A stretch of DNA of 64,000 nucleotides from an uncultured Oceanospirillaceae bacterium. Its GTDB lineage: Bacteria > Pseudomonadota > Gammaproteobacteria > Pseudomonadales > Balneatricaceae. Of the stretch, positions 1-10,126 are shown in pieces. The position numbers and the translations under genes were made by a program. The number at the start of each line of letters is the position of its first letter. Within the stretch, counting starts at the first letter, position 1. The notes under the pieces were generated by a model that searched no databases, was not told the DNA's origin, and saw nothing but the letters and a program-made list of their open reading frames with translations. The stretch covers positions 22,244-86,243 of the forward strand of contig CAXHZX010000001.1 in assembly GCA_964022265.1 (NCBI GenBank), in the 5' to 3' direction.

Positions 1-733
1 TCTTACAACAGATTAAAGTCGGTTGGCTAGTATTCGCTTTGGCTTCTTCAATGGCCGCAAACAGAGCATCTGGATCATGGCCGTCAATGGAGGGGATAAC
101 TTGCCAACCGTATGCTTCAAAACGCTTGGGGGTATCATCGGTAAACCAACCTTCCACTTCACCGTCAATTGAAATGCCGTTGTCATCATAAAAAGCGATC
201 AGTTTGCCTAAACCCAAAGTCCCAGCGAGCGAGCAAGCTTCATGGGAGACCCCTTCCATTAGGCAACCATCACCTAAAAAGGTATAGGTATGATGATCAA
301 TGATGTTGTGACCTTCGCGGTTAAACTGCGCTGCTAAAGTGCTTTCTGCTAATGCCATGCCTATCGCATTAGTAATGCCTTGGCCTAATGGGCCTGTGGT
401 GGTCTCTATACCAGGAGCGTAGCCAAATTCAGGATGACCTGCTGTTTTAGAGTGTAACTGGCGGAAATTTTTAACATCATCAATCGACAAGTCGTAGCCA
501 CTCAAGTGCAACAATGAGTACAACAACATGGACCCATGACCGTTTGAAAGTACAAACCGATCGCGATTCAACCACTCTGGGTTGGCTGGGTTGTGACGCA
601 TGAAGTCATTCCATAAAACTTCAGCAATATCAGCCATTCCCATTGGGGCTCCTGGATGACCAGAATTAGCTTGTTGGACGGCGTCCATACTAAGAGCTCG
701 AATGGCATTAGCTAAGTCGCGACGTGTAGGCAT
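1..733 (-). CDS. tkt: transketolase, N-terminal ~244 codons (rest lies left of the window)
   Basis: Open-ended, so absent from the ORF track. My reverse-strand translation from the ATG at 733 reads [41 protein letters not shown]...[19 protein letters not shown]...TTGPLGQGI...[20 protein letters not shown], the TPP-binding N-terminus of transketolase. Confidence 0.92.
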   Translation of the reverse strand, partial: MPTRRDLANAIRALSMDAVQQANSGHPGAPMGMADIAEVLWNDFMRHNPANPEWLNRDRFVLSNGHGSMLLYSLLHLSGYDLSIDDVKNFRQLHSKTAGHPEFGYAPGIETTTGPLGQGITNAIGMALAESTLAAQFNREGHNIIDHHTYTFLGDGCLMEGVSHEACSLAGTLGLGKLIAFYDDNGISIDGEVEGWFTDDTPKRFEAYGWQVIPSIDGHDPDALFAAIEEAKANTSQPTLICCK

Positions 734-872
734 GAAAAGTTCCTTTACAAGGTTAATACACTAAATTGTTAGGTGTATTTTCCCTTACTCAAGCCACATA
801 CACAATCAACAAATGGCATTCTCACTATATAAAGTGTGACAAAAAGTGACAAAGACGTTTTTAGAAAAGAAT

Positions 873-898
873 AAGGCGCTAAATCTGGCAAGCGCCTT
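873..898 (-). terminator. hairpin terminator downstream of the 87-aa ORF
   Basis: aaggcgct / agcgcctt 8-bp arms with a 10-nt loop. On the minus strand it is followed by a T-rich run (ttattctttt). Confidence 0.5.
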
Positions 899-948
899 TG
901 CATAACAAAGGCTTAATCAGCGTAATCAAGCAGCTTTAATAGCCTACA

Positions 949-1212
949 CTAATCACTTTTAGAGGCTTTTCGAAACAGCCTTTCGTTGTTAAACCACTGA
1001 TTAGCACCAATAACCAATCCAGCGAAAGACCAAATGCCATAGCTTTGCACCATGGTTAATAAGTCATAGCCCCCTTCTAAAGGTTTATTCACAACAAAAG
1101 CTGAGAAAAGAAACATTGGAATGCCATACAAAAGCACACCATTAAAGAAGATGTATTTATTTCTGCCCTTCGCTCTTGATATCGCCCAAGCCGCATATTT
1201 CTTTTCGTTCAT
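949..1212 (-). CDS. hypothetical small membrane protein (87 aa, two hydrophobic segments)
   Basis: ORF track. GGAG lies 6 nt upstream of the ATG and the hairpin at 873-898 lies just downstream. No family recognised. Confidence 0.55.
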   Translation of the reverse strand: MNEKKYAAWAISRAKGRNKYIFFNGVLLYGIPMFLFSAFVVNKPLEGGYDLLTMVQSYGIWSFAGLVIGANQWFNNERLFRKASKSD

Positions 1213-1433
1213 TAATTACTCCAGAATATTTTACAGCCAGATAGGTTGGCTAATGCCATGATCATCCACTGAATGACAAAGCGGCGCAAATTATAACGGT
1301 TTATAGGTATTTTTCTACTCTGCCAAAGCCACATGCAACAAAGTGTGAATAATCGGAACCTTTCGTTTATGCAGAAAACCTACTTTATAAGCTTTGCAAA
1401 GATGTTTTTACACAAATGCCGTCATAAATAGCG

Positions 1434-1462
1434 ATGCAAAGCTTTAACCAATAGCCTATAAT
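1434..1462 (+). promoter_or_regulatory. candidate sigma-70 promoter of metK
   Basis: TATAAT at 1457-1462, with ATGCAA 17 nt upstream (weak -35). By eye only. Confidence 0.3.
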
Positions 1463-1603
1463 GACGCCGGTTTTGCAGCCTTTCACCTTGGCTAGTTCGC
1501 AAAACCAAAGGCACTCGCCAGAACAATGTTCTTGGCTGGTAATTAAGTCACTGCTAACGATGTCCGTAAAGCATCAGTTAGTATTCAATTACGAGGCATG
1601 GTT

Positions 1604-2773
1604 ATGAACCAATACACTCTATTTACCTCCGAATCAGTGTCTGAAGGACATCCTGATAAAATTGCCGATCAAATTTCAGATGCCATCTTAGATGCCATGC
1701 TGGAAAAAGACCCAGATTCCCGTGTTGCTGTAGAAACTTTAATTAAAACAGGCCTGGTACTGGTTGCAGGTGAAGTTCGCACTAAGTCGTGGGTAGACAT
1801 TGAAGAGCTTGTGCGAGAAGTGATTACCGACATAGGTTACACCTCATCAGAAATGGGGTTTGATGGCGCTTCTTGTGCCATTTTGAACGCCATAGGCAAA
1901 CAATCCTCTGACATAGCGATGGGTGTTGACGAAAACGCTGACAGCAGCAAAGCGCAAGGTGCAGGCGATCAAGGCCTAATGTTTGGTTATGCCAGCAATG
2001 AAACTGACAGTTATATGCCTGCACCCATTCACTACGCCCACCTATTGATGCAACAACAAGCTAAAGTACGAAAAGAAGGCACCCTGCCATGGCTGCGCCC
2101 AGATGCAAAAAGCCAACTGACTTTTCGTTACGATGAAAACGGCAAGCCTTTGTCAGTGGATGCAGTGGTACTTTCTACCCAGCATAGTGAAGACATCGAT
2201 TTAGAAAGCCTTCGCGCCAATGTGATGACCCACATCATTCGCCCCGTCATTCCAGCGCACTGGTTGACCGAAGACACAAAATACCATATCAACCCAACGG
2301 GCAACTTTGTCATCGGCGGGCCAGTAGGCGATTGCGGCCTAACCGGGCGTAAAATCATTGTCGACACCTATGGTGGTATGGCCAGGCATGGTGGCGGCGC
2401 ATTTTCAGGCAAAGACCCGTCCAAGGTTGATCGAAGCGCAGCGTATGCTGGCCGTTACGTGGCTAAAAACATTGTCGCAGCCGGTTTAGCGCAGCGTTTA
2501 GAAATTCAAGTTTCATATGCCATCGGTGTGGCTGAACCCACTTCCATTAGTTTAAATACGTTTGGTACCGGTGTTATTAGCGACGAACGCATTGAAGCTT
2601 TAGTGCGCGAACACTTTAACCTAAGTGCTGGCGGCTTGGTTGACATGCTGGATCTAAAACGCCCAATTTATCGTGACACTGCAGCCTATGGCCATTTTGG
2701 CCGCGACAACCCAAACTTCACTTGGGAGAGCACTGACAAAGCTGATATTTTGCGCAAGGCCGCAGGCCTCTAA
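1604..2773 (+). CDS. metK: S-adenosylmethionine synthetase
   Basis: [25 protein letters not shown] and [16 protein letters not shown] motifs. The second ATG (1604) has GAGG 7 nt upstream, so I prefer it to the ORF-track start at 1598. Confidence 0.95.
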   Translation: MNQYTLFTSESVSEGHPDKIADQISDAILDAMLEKDPDSRVAVETLIKTGLVLVAGEVRTKSWVDIEELVREVITDIGYTSSEMGFDGASCAILNAIGKQSSDIAMGVDENADSSKAQGAGDQGLMFGYASNETDSYMPAPIHYAHLLMQQQAKVRKEGTLPWLRPDAKSQLTFRYDENGKPLSVDAVVLSTQHSEDIDLESLRANVMTHIIRPVIPAHWLTEDTKYHINPTGNFVIGGPVGDCGLTGRKIIVDTYGGMARHGGGAFSGKDPSKVDRSAAYAGRYVAKNIVAAGLAQRLEIQVSYAIGVAEPTSISLNTFGTGVISDERIEALVREHFNLSAGGLVDMLDLKRPIYRDTAAYGHFGRDNPNFTWESTDKADILRKAAGL

Positions 2774-2776
2774 TAC

Positions 2777-3502
2777 ATGCGGATTCCTCGCCTGTATACC
2801 CCACAGCCACTACCTTTGGAGCAATTGATTACTCTTGAGGTAGCGGCTAGCCATTATGTGGGTAAGGTGCTTAGGATGCAGGAAAAGCAAGATATCATTC
2901 TTTTTAATGATGCTTGTGAACAGGTCACTGCTTGCATTGACAGCGTCAGTAAAAAGGCAGTGACTGTTTTTATAAGTGCACCACTTGAGGGCCCCAAAGC
3001 CTCGTTGCTTCACACACATATTGGGCAAGTGATGTCTAGAGGCGAGCGCATGGATTATGCCATCCAAAAGGCCACTGAACTTGGGGTCAATGAAATAACA
3101 CCCTTATTCAGTAGCCGCTGCGAAGTGAAGCTTGACCCACAGCGTCAAGCTAAGCGGGTGGCACATTGGCAGCAAATTGCGATTAGCGCATGTGAGCAAA
3201 GTGGCCGCATCGATGTGCCAAAAATAAATACGCCTATGCAATTAATCGATTGGATTGCGTTAACACAAGCCCAAACAAAATTAGTGTTACACCCTCACCA
3301 AACAAAAGCCTTAAAAGCTCAAGAGCCACCTCAAACTTGTGCCATACTCATTGGGCCTGAAGGCGGCTTAAGTGAGCTTGAAGTTGAGCAAGCACAAGCA
3401 CAGGGCTATACTGGCTTGAAATTAGGGCCCCGAATACTGCGAACAGAAACAGCACCGATAGCCGCATTAACATTACTGCAATACATTTGGGGCGACCTTT
3501 AA
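2777..3502 (+). CDS. rsmE: 16S rRNA (uracil1498-N3)-methyltransferase RsmE
   Basis: 241 aa with a C-terminal SPOUT-knot motif (LIGPEGGLSELE ... LGPRILRTETA). It sits upstream of gshB, as in E. coli (yggJ). Confidence 0.85.
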   Translation: MRIPRLYTPQPLPLEQLITLEVAASHYVGKVLRMQEKQDIILFNDACEQVTACIDSVSKKAVTVFISAPLEGPKASLLHTHIGQVMSRGERMDYAIQKATELGVNEITPLFSSRCEVKLDPQRQAKRVAHWQQIAISACEQSGRIDVPKINTPMQLIDWIALTQAQTKLVLHPHQTKALKAQEPPQTCAILIGPEGGLSELEVEQAQAQGYTGLKLGPRILRTETAPIAALTLLQYIWGDL

Positions 3503-3528
3503 ACCCTATTACTTGAGACCCATATCCC

Positions 3529-4488
3529 ATGACCATACGCATTGGCATTGTGATGGACCCGATCCATGACCTTAACTACAAAAAAGACAGCTCGCTTGCC
3601 ATGCTCTGGGCTGCTCAAGATTTAGGCTGGGAACTATTTTACATGGAACAAAAACACCTTTATGCAGAACAAGGTGTTGCCATGGGCTTAATGTACCCCT
3701 TAACTGTGATGCGCAATGTTGACCATTTTTATGAACTAGGTGAGCAACAAAGCACTCCTCTAGGCGATCTAGATGTCATTTTAATGCGCAAAGATCCGCC
3801 ATTTGATACCCAGTTCTTACACACCACCTACCTTTTAAGCCAGGCTGAAGGTGCAGGCGCATTGATTATCAATAAGCCCCAAAGCCTGCGTGATTGCAAC
3901 GAGAAGTTATTTGCCACCCAGTTCCCAGAGTGCTGCCCAGAGGTTTTGGTAGCCAGTGATGCCAATGTCTTAAAAGCCTTTCACAAGCGCCATGGCGACG
4001 TTATTTTCAAACCACTTGACGGTATGGGCGGGGCCTCTATTTTTAGGGCCACAAAGGATGAACCCAACCTTAACGTCATCATTGAAACCCTCACACAATT
4101 TGGCCAACAACAAATCATGGCACAGCGTTATCTGCCTGAGATCAAACAAGGTGATAAACGGATATTGATGATTAATGGTTACCCTGTGAGCCATGTTTTA
4201 GCGCGCATTCCTTCCTCAGGTGAAACCCGAGGCAATCTTGCAGCTGGGGGCGCAGGTGTAGCAAGGCCACTTACGGCCAGAGACCAATGGATCTGCGATC
4301 AAATTGGCCCAGTCCTTCGCGAAAAGGAAATCCATTTTGCTGGTCTGGATGTGATCGGTGATAGCCTCACCGAAATTAACGTCACAAGCCCAACGTGCAT
4401 TCGAGAGATTGACGATCAAACAGGCTCCAATATCGCCGCTGATTTGATGCGCCATATTAGCCAACTATTAGAAAATAGAGGTGCTTAG
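3529..4488 (+). CDS. gshB: glutathione synthetase
   Basis: Colinear with E. coli GshB: IVMDPI, ILMRKDPPFD, NKPQSLRDCNEKLF, KPLDGMGGASIF, GETRGNLAAGG, EINVTSPTCIREI. Confidence 0.95.
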   Translation: MTIRIGIVMDPIHDLNYKKDSSLAMLWAAQDLGWELFYMEQKHLYAEQGVAMGLMYPLTVMRNVDHFYELGEQQSTPLGDLDVILMRKDPPFDTQFLHTTYLLSQAEGAGALIINKPQSLRDCNEKLFATQFPECCPEVLVASDANVLKAFHKRHGDVIFKPLDGMGGASIFRATKDEPNLNVIIETLTQFGQQQIMAQRYLPEIKQGDKRILMINGYPVSHVLARIPSSGETRGNLAAGGAGVARPLTARDQWICDQIGPVLREKEIHFAGLDVIGDSLTEINVTSPTCIREIDDQTGSNIAADLMRHISQLLENRGA

Positions 4489-5066
4489 TGCCTGATAAGA
4501 ATCAAGACAGTGGTTTGCATAACTTCATGCTCATTTCGATGCCACAAATGGAAGATGAAAATTTTGTCCGAAGCCTAGTGTATATATGTGAACATAACGA
4601 AAAGGGAGCCATGGGTTTGGTCATCAATCGCCAAAACAATATCTCCTTTGGCGATATTTTGCCCCAATTAAACATTTCAGATCGCAATGCTACCAACGTA
4701 GACCAGATCATTTTTGCAGGCGGCCCAGTCCAGCCAGAGCATGGGTTTGTGCTGCATACTCCGCTAGATAATAAACAATGGAGCTCCAGCATTCGAGTGT
4801 CTGAGGATCTATGTCTAACCACCTCTTCTGATGTGATTGATGATATCGCCCATTCCTCCGGGCCAGAACACAGCCTTATTGCGCTGGGGTATGCTGGCTG
4901 GGGGCCAGGTCAGCTGGAAAAAGAATTGGCGCAAAACTCATGGATTTGCTGCCCCTTTGATGCCGATATTGTGTTTAACATGCCTCCAGAGGATCGTTTT
5001 CAAGCGGCCACTGATTCTTTAGGCATAGACATCAACTTAATCTCCACCAAAATTGGCCATGGATAA
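4488..5066 (+). CDS. yqgE: YqgE/AlgH family protein (UPF0301)
   Basis: SLVYICEHNEKGAMGLVINR is the family core. The GTG start overlaps the gshB stop (TAGTG). Confidence 0.85.
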   Translation: MPDKNQDSGLHNFMLISMPQMEDENFVRSLVYICEHNEKGAMGLVINRQNNISFGDILPQLNISDRNATNVDQIIFAGGPVQPEHGFVLHTPLDNKQWSSSIRVSEDLCLTTSSDVIDDIAHSSGPEHSLIALGYAGWGPGQLEKELAQNSWICCPFDADIVFNMPPEDRFQAATDSLGIDINLISTKIGHG

Positions 5067-5505
5067 GCCCTTAAACCTGATTGGTTTCGACTTTGGCACT
5101 AAGCGCATAGGCGCTGCATTTTCCAGCAATCCGCTTGCCGCACCGCTTTGGCTTGAGCCCATTCCAGCCAAAGATGGCATTCCAAACTGGCAGACGATTG
5201 AGCTACTGGTGAATGAATGGCAAGCACAAGCATTTGTGGTTGGAATTCCGTATAATATGGACGGTTCTGTCAGCGAGATGGCCGTGAGGGCGCGCAAATT
5301 TGCCAACCGGATCAGTGCCAGATTTGATCGGCCTTGTTATTTAGTCGATGAAAGGCTGTCCACCGAAGCTGCCAAACAACAGCACATTGACAAGTTTGGT
5401 GGCACAGATTGGAAAAAGCACAGTGTTGATGGTATTGCTGCTGGGTTAATATTAGAAAGCTGGTACAACGAGACTGAACACCGCCTATCAACAGTGCCTT
5501 TTTAG
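5053..5505 (+). CDS. ruvX: putative pre-16S rRNA nuclease / Holliday-junction-resolvase-like YqgF
   Basis: IGFDFGTKRIGAA, VVGIPYNMDGS and VDERLST motifs. Overlaps the yqgE 3' end by 14 nt. Confidence 0.9.
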   Translation: MAMDKPLNLIGFDFGTKRIGAAFSSNPLAAPLWLEPIPAKDGIPNWQTIELLVNEWQAQAFVVGIPYNMDGSVSEMAVRARKFANRISARFDRPCYLVDERLSTEAAKQQHIDKFGGTDWKKHSVDGIAAGLILESWYNETEHRLSTVPF

Positions 5506-5569
5506 CAGGCCTAGTTAGCATGACTAGAAAAATTAGAAAGTAACGAACAAATAACAACGAGGTAGTCTA

Positions 5570-6103
5570 ATGGGAGCCACACCCACTCCATATCATCCAG
5601 AATTGGCAGACACTAAAGCCCTTGTTAATAAATTATTAAGTCAAGTTGATCAACTCACCACCCAGCATCAACTCACAGATCCTTTGGTCATTGGCATTCA
5701 CACTGGTGGTGTGTGGTTAGCTGAAGCACTAGCGAAACATCTTAATGCTCCCCTTGGCAAATTAGACATTGCCTTTTACCGCGATGATTTTTCAAAAAAC
5801 GGCCTGCACCCCCAAGTGAGCCCATCCTCTTTGCCCTTTAACATTGACAATAGACACATTCTATTAGTAGATGATGTGTTAATGAGTGGCAGAACCGTGC
5901 GCGCAGCCCTGAACGAAGTGTTTGATTTTGGCCGCCCCGCAAGTGTTAAATTAGTGACTTTGTGCAGCCTTAACCAAAGAGAGCTGCCCATCCAAGCGGA
6001 TGCTTGTGCACTTGAACTGGATTTGGAGCAAGGACAATATTTACAGCTTGATGGCCCTGAACCCTTAAAACTATCTATTATCGAGCATGCTAATCATGAC
6101 TAA
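5570..6103 (+). CDS. pyrR: bifunctional pyr regulator / uracil phosphoribosyltransferase PyrR
   Basis: PRPP-binding motif [13 protein letters not shown]; 177 aa; directly upstream of pyrB. Confidence 0.88.
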   Translation: MGATPTPYHPELADTKALVNKLLSQVDQLTTQHQLTDPLVIGIHTGGVWLAEALAKHLNAPLGKLDIAFYRDDFSKNGLHPQVSPSSLPFNIDNRHILLVDDVLMSGRTVRAALNEVFDFGRPASVKLVTLCSLNQRELPIQADACALELDLEQGQYLQLDGPEPLKLSIIEHANHD

Positions 6104-7106
6104 TTTAGCTAATTTGCAGCTCACCAAAGAAGGTGAACTGCGTCACTTTTTAACCCCAGAAGGGCTTGATCGTCTCATGCTTGAGCGAATCCTAGATACA
6201 GCCGACTCCTTTGTAGTGGTGGGTAACCAAGAAGTAAAAAAGGTGCCCCTTTTAAGAGGTAGAACTGTCGTTAACTTATTTTTTGAAAATTCCACACGCA
6301 CCCGCAGCACCTTTGAATTGGCAGCCAAGCGCTTGTCAGCGGACGTGCTCACCTTGGATATCAAAACTTCAGCCACAAGCAAAGGCGAAAGCTTGCTAGA
6401 CACCCTAAGAAACCTGCGCTCTATGCACAGTGATATGTTTGTTGTGCGCCACAGTGATTCAGGGGCTGCGCACTTTATCGCAGAACAAGTGACACCCAAC
6501 GTAGCCATTATCAATGCTGGCGATGGCCGTCATGCACACCCTACTCAAGCCATGTTAGACATGCTGACTATAAGGCGCCACAAAGGTAAGTTTGAACCTT
6601 TGTCGGTGGCTATTGTTGGAGATATCTCTCACTCAAGAGTCGCTCGTGACCAAATTCATGCGCTTAAAACGCTAGGCTGCCAAGACATTCGCTTGGTCGG
6701 CCCTAACACCCTAATGCCTCAACACATAGAGAGCATGGGGGTAAGCACCTACACCAATATGGATGAAGGCATTAAAGATACTGATGTCATCATCATGCTG
6801 CGCCTGCAAACAGAACGCATGAGCAGTGCGTTTTTACCCTCTGCCGGAGAATATTTCCGCTTGTATGGTCTAACCACACAACGCTTAGCTAACGCCAAAC
6901 CCGACGCCATCGTCATGCATCCTGGGCCTATTAACCGAGGTATCGAGATTGAATCTGAAGTGGCAGATGGTCCCCAGTCCATGATCCTAAACCAAGTAGG
7001 CTATGGTATTGCCCTGCGCATGGCAGTGATGTCCATGGCCATGAGTGGCCAAATGCAACAACGCCAAGCATTGCAAAACGCCGACTCACCGAGGGAGCAC
7101 AAATAA
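6087..7106 (+). CDS. pyrB: aspartate carbamoyltransferase catalytic subunit
   Basis: [13 protein letters not shown] and HPGPINRG motifs. The start is ambiguous (ATG 6087 or ATG 6096). Overlaps the pyrR 3' end. Confidence 0.95.
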   Translation: MLIMTNLANLQLTKEGELRHFLTPEGLDRLMLERILDTADSFVVVGNQEVKKVPLLRGRTVVNLFFENSTRTRSTFELAAKRLSADVLTLDIKTSATSKGESLLDTLRNLRSMHSDMFVVRHSDSGAAHFIAEQVTPNVAIINAGDGRHAHPTQAMLDMLTIRRHKGKFEPLSVAIVGDISHSRVARDQIHALKTLGCQDIRLVGPNTLMPQHIESMGVSTYTNMDEGIKDTDVIIMLRLQTERMSSAFLPSAGEYFRLYGLTTQRLANAKPDAIVMHPGPINRGIEIESEVADGPQSMILNQVGYGIALRMAVMSMAMSGQMQQRQALQNADSPREHK

Positions 7107-8374
7107 TGAGCATTATTATTCGCGGCGCCCACCTACTAGACCCTAGTATCGGCCTAGATGAAGTTGGTGACGTTCTAATTCAAGATGGAAAAATTACATC
7201 AATTGGAGCCTTAGAAGCCACAAAGGCAACGACTGAAATAAACGCTACAGGCATGCTGCTTTGCCCAAGCTTTATTGATCTAAATACTTGCTTACGAGAT
7301 TTGAACCAGGTTCAAAAAGGCACTATTGCCACTGAAACTAAGGCTGCTGCAAGCGCGGGTTTCACGCATTTATGCCCAAGCCCAGACACAAAGCCTTGTA
7401 GTGATGATGGCTCCATAATTAGCCTCATCAAAAGCAAAGCTTTGGCGGCTGGGTTTTGCGACATACTGCCTATTGCGGCACTGACTAAAGAACTTAACGG
7501 CACCGCGCTGAGTAATATGGAAAGCTTATCACGCGCAGGCTGTATTGGTTTTAGTAACGCAGGCCACGATATCAAAGACAATACCGTGCTGTTGCGTTGT
7601 TATGAATACGCCGCTACGTTTGCTCTAAAAGTATTTGTACCAGCACAAGATGAAGCGCTAAGCAGTGGCCATATGCACGAAGGCGCAACGGCAACTCGAA
7701 TGGGCTTAGAAGGTATCCCAGTGATTGCGGAAACCCTAGCCATAAGCCGCCATCTGCAATTTATGCAGCATACAGGTGTACAAGGGCACTTTAGCCAAAT
7801 CTCTAGTGCAGCTGGCGTGGAACTCATTCGCCAAGCTAAGTCGCAAGGCATGCAGATTAGCGCTGACACAAGCATTGCCCACCTGTGTTTCACTGATAAG
7901 TGCATAGAAGGCTATCAAAGCCAGTACCATGTGCAACCCCCATTACGCGATGAGTCAGACCGACTCGCTTTAATTGCGGGACTAAAAGATGGCACACTAG
8001 ATGCGATCTGCTCAGCGCATAAACCTCATGAATCAGCAGCAAAATGTGCCCCATTTGCTGCTACCGCACAAGGTATGGCGGTGTATGACATGATCATACC
8101 CCTGATCCAAACCCTGGTAGATGCTAAAGAACTGAGTTGGGGCCAAGCCATTAATGCACTAAGCGCAAACAGTTCAGCCATTGCTGGTATAGCACACACT
8201 ACTCTTAAAACAGGACAGCCTGCTCACTTAACCCTAATCGATTCTAAGCATAAGTGGCGCCTTGATGAAGCTAGCAAAGTAAGCCAAGGAACTAATCAGG
8301 CACTTGCAGGCCAAACTCTCACGGGGCGGGTAAAGCTCACCATAAAAAGTGGCACAATTAGCTTCCAGTCATAG
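7106..8374 (+). CDS. pyrC': dihydroorotase-like protein, predicted non-catalytic (PyrC' type)
   Basis: Amidohydrolase-fold length (422 aa). The metal-binding HxH position reads D-L-N-T-C (7277-7291), and the TDHAPH-type motif reads SAHKPH (8012-8029), so the Asp is lost. The ATG overlaps the pyrB stop (TAATG). Confidence 0.8.
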   Translation: MSIIIRGAHLLDPSIGLDEVGDVLIQDGKITSIGALEATKATTEINATGMLLCPSFIDLNTCLRDLNQVQKGTIATETKAAASAGFTHLCPSPDTKPCSDDGSIISLIKSKALAAGFCDILPIAALTKELNGTALSNMESLSRAGCIGFSNAGHDIKDNTVLLRCYEYAATFALKVFVPAQDEALSSGHMHEGATATRMGLEGIPVIAETLAISRHLQFMQHTGVQGHFSQISSAAGVELIRQAKSQGMQISADTSIAHLCFTDKCIEGYQSQYHVQPPLRDESDRLALIAGLKDGTLDAICSAHKPHESAAKCAPFAATAQGMAVYDMIIPLIQTLVDAKELSWGQAINALSANSSAIAGIAHTTLKTGQPAHLTLIDSKHKWRLDEASKVSQGTNQALAGQTLTGRVKLTIKSGTISFQS

Positions 8375-8485
8375 TGGACTGGAAACAGGCATTGGGCTCA
8401 TGGGCTTGTCATTAGGCCTATGAGGCTTGCCTTAGCTTTGTTACCATGCAGCTAATCATGTCAATAAAGCGCTCCATAATCATCT

Positions 8486-9199
8486 ATGTCCTTATCTACA
8501 CCCGCATTTAGCGTTCAAGAAGCCTTAGCCAATACCCATGCCAGAATTGCAACGGCATGCCAATTAGCTAACCGCAAAAAAAATGATGTCATGCTGCTTG
8601 CGGTGAGCAAAACAAAACCGCTTGCAGATGTGATGCTCGCTTATAAAGAAGGCCAGCGCCATTTCGGCGAAAACTACCTTCAAGATGCCCTGGACAAGAT
8701 TGACCATTGCCCCAAATCAGATGTTATTTGGCACTTTATTGGCGCCATTCAAAGCAATAAAACCAAAACCATTGCCGCTAAATTTGACTGGGTTCATACT
8801 TTAGATCGCAGCAAAATTGCGCTCCGCTTAAATGACCATAGACCAGCACACTTGCCCCCGTTAAAAGTCCTTATTCAAGTCAACATTAGTGCTGAAGAAA
8901 ACAAAGCTGGCATCGCTGTAGATCAACTTGATGAACTGGTAAAGCAAGTTGTTGGGCTACCCAATTTAATGCTGTGTGGGTTAATGTGTATTCCTGCCAC
9001 AGGCCAATCTGAAGCGATTCAACGTGATACTTTTCACAAAATGAAAGCTTTAAGGGATACACTACAAACCACTTACCCACATATCAAAGAGTTGTCTATG
9101 GGCATGTCTGGCGATTTAGCACTGGCTATTGCCTGCGACTCAAGCATTGTGCGTATTGGGACGGATATATTTGGTGCTAGGACAGCAGACAAAGCCTAA
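8486..9199 (+). CDS. yggS: YggS family pyridoxal-phosphate homeostasis protein
   Basis: LLAVSKTKP (PLP lysine), HFIGAIQSNK and ELSMGMSGD motifs; followed by proC. Confidence 0.9.
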   Translation: MSLSTPAFSVQEALANTHARIATACQLANRKKNDVMLLAVSKTKPLADVMLAYKEGQRHFGENYLQDALDKIDHCPKSDVIWHFIGAIQSNKTKTIAAKFDWVHTLDRSKIALRLNDHRPAHLPPLKVLIQVNISAEENKAGIAVDQLDELVKQVVGLPNLMLCGLMCIPATGQSEAIQRDTFHKMKALRDTLQTTYPHIKELSMGMSGDLALAIACDSSIVRIGTDIFGARTADKA

Positions 9200-9238
9200 T
9201 TTGTCATAATTATTTTCCATAATAAGCAGGAACAAATC

Positions 9239-10066
9239 ATGCAAAAAACTCCACATATTGCATTTATTGGCGCTGGCAATATGGCTCAAGCCATTCTAAA
9301 GGGCATGCTTAGTGCGGGTTATCCTAAAGACAAAATCTGCGCTAGTGGCAGATCCGAATCTAAATTAGACGCCCTATCTGCTGAAACAGGCATTCAAACC
9401 AGCACCAACAACCTACTACTTTGCCAACAAGCTGATGTCATCGTTTTGGGTGTAAAGCCTGCCATGATGGGTGACGTGGTGAAAAGCATTGCCAGCGTCA
9501 TTGATCCAGCCAAACATTTGATTGTTTCAGTAGCTGCCGGAATTTTAGCCGACAGTATTGAAACTTGGTTAGCTAAGCCTGTGCCTATTGTGCGCTGCAT
9601 GCCCAATACACCGTCCCTTGTCGGCCAAGGCGCAGCGGGTTTATTTGCAACATCTGGTGTGAGCGAACAAGAAAAACAGCTTGCCAGCACCATCATGCAA
9701 TCGGTAGGCATGGCCATTTGGGTGGAGCAAGAAGCGCAAATCGATGCGGTAACGGCGGTATCTGGCAGTGGACCAGCGTACTACTTTTTAATGATGGAAG
9801 CGATGATCGAAGGCGCTATGCAACTTGGCCTTTCCAAAGAGGTTGCCAAACAGCTAGTGCTTCAAACCGCGGCTGGCGCTGCTCAAATGGCACAACAAAG
9901 TGACAAAAGTCCAGCTGAACTTAGAGTTGCCGTCACTTCGCCAAAAGGCACTACAGAGCAAGCCTTAAACACCTTTGAACAAGGCAACTTCACCGAATTA
10001 TGTAGTAAAGCCATGGCTTCTGCTGCACACCGCTCTGAAGAACTGGCTCAGTTATTTAAGGCATAA
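9239..10066 (+). CDS. proC: pyrroline-5-carboxylate reductase
   Basis: IAFIGAGNMAQAI Rossmann motif and the C-terminal VTSPKGTTEQAL motif. Confidence 0.93.
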   Translation: MQKTPHIAFIGAGNMAQAILKGMLSAGYPKDKICASGRSESKLDALSAETGIQTSTNNLLLCQQADVIVLGVKPAMMGDVVKSIASVIDPAKHLIVSVAAGILADSIETWLAKPVPIVRCMPNTPSLVGQGAAGLFATSGVSEQEKQLASTIMQSVGMAIWVEQEAQIDAVTAVSGSGPAYYFLMMEAMIEGAMQLGLSKEVAKQLVLQTAAGAAQMAQQSDKSPAELRVAVTSPKGTTEQALNTFEQGNFTELCSKAMASAAHRSEELAQLFKA

Positions 10067-10070
10067 AACA

Positions 10071-10112
10071 AAAAAGCCACGACTTACAAGAGAATGTAAG
10101 TCGTGGCTTTTG
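10071..10112. terminator. bidirectional intrinsic terminator between proC and ettA
   Basis: Perfect 14-bp stem, agccacgacttaca (10075-10088) / tgtaagtcgtggct (10095-10108), flanked by an A-run on the left and a T-run on the right. Confidence 0.8.
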
Positions 10113-10126
10113 TACCATTTAAAAGC

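Noticed and set aside
1380-1603. SAM riboswitch upstream of metK
   Set aside because: GCAAAGCT strings superficially recall SAM-II-like motifs, but they lie at or upstream of the predicted -35 and I cannot lay out a pseudoknot consensus by eye. Kept only as a 'structured leader' finding pending cmscan.
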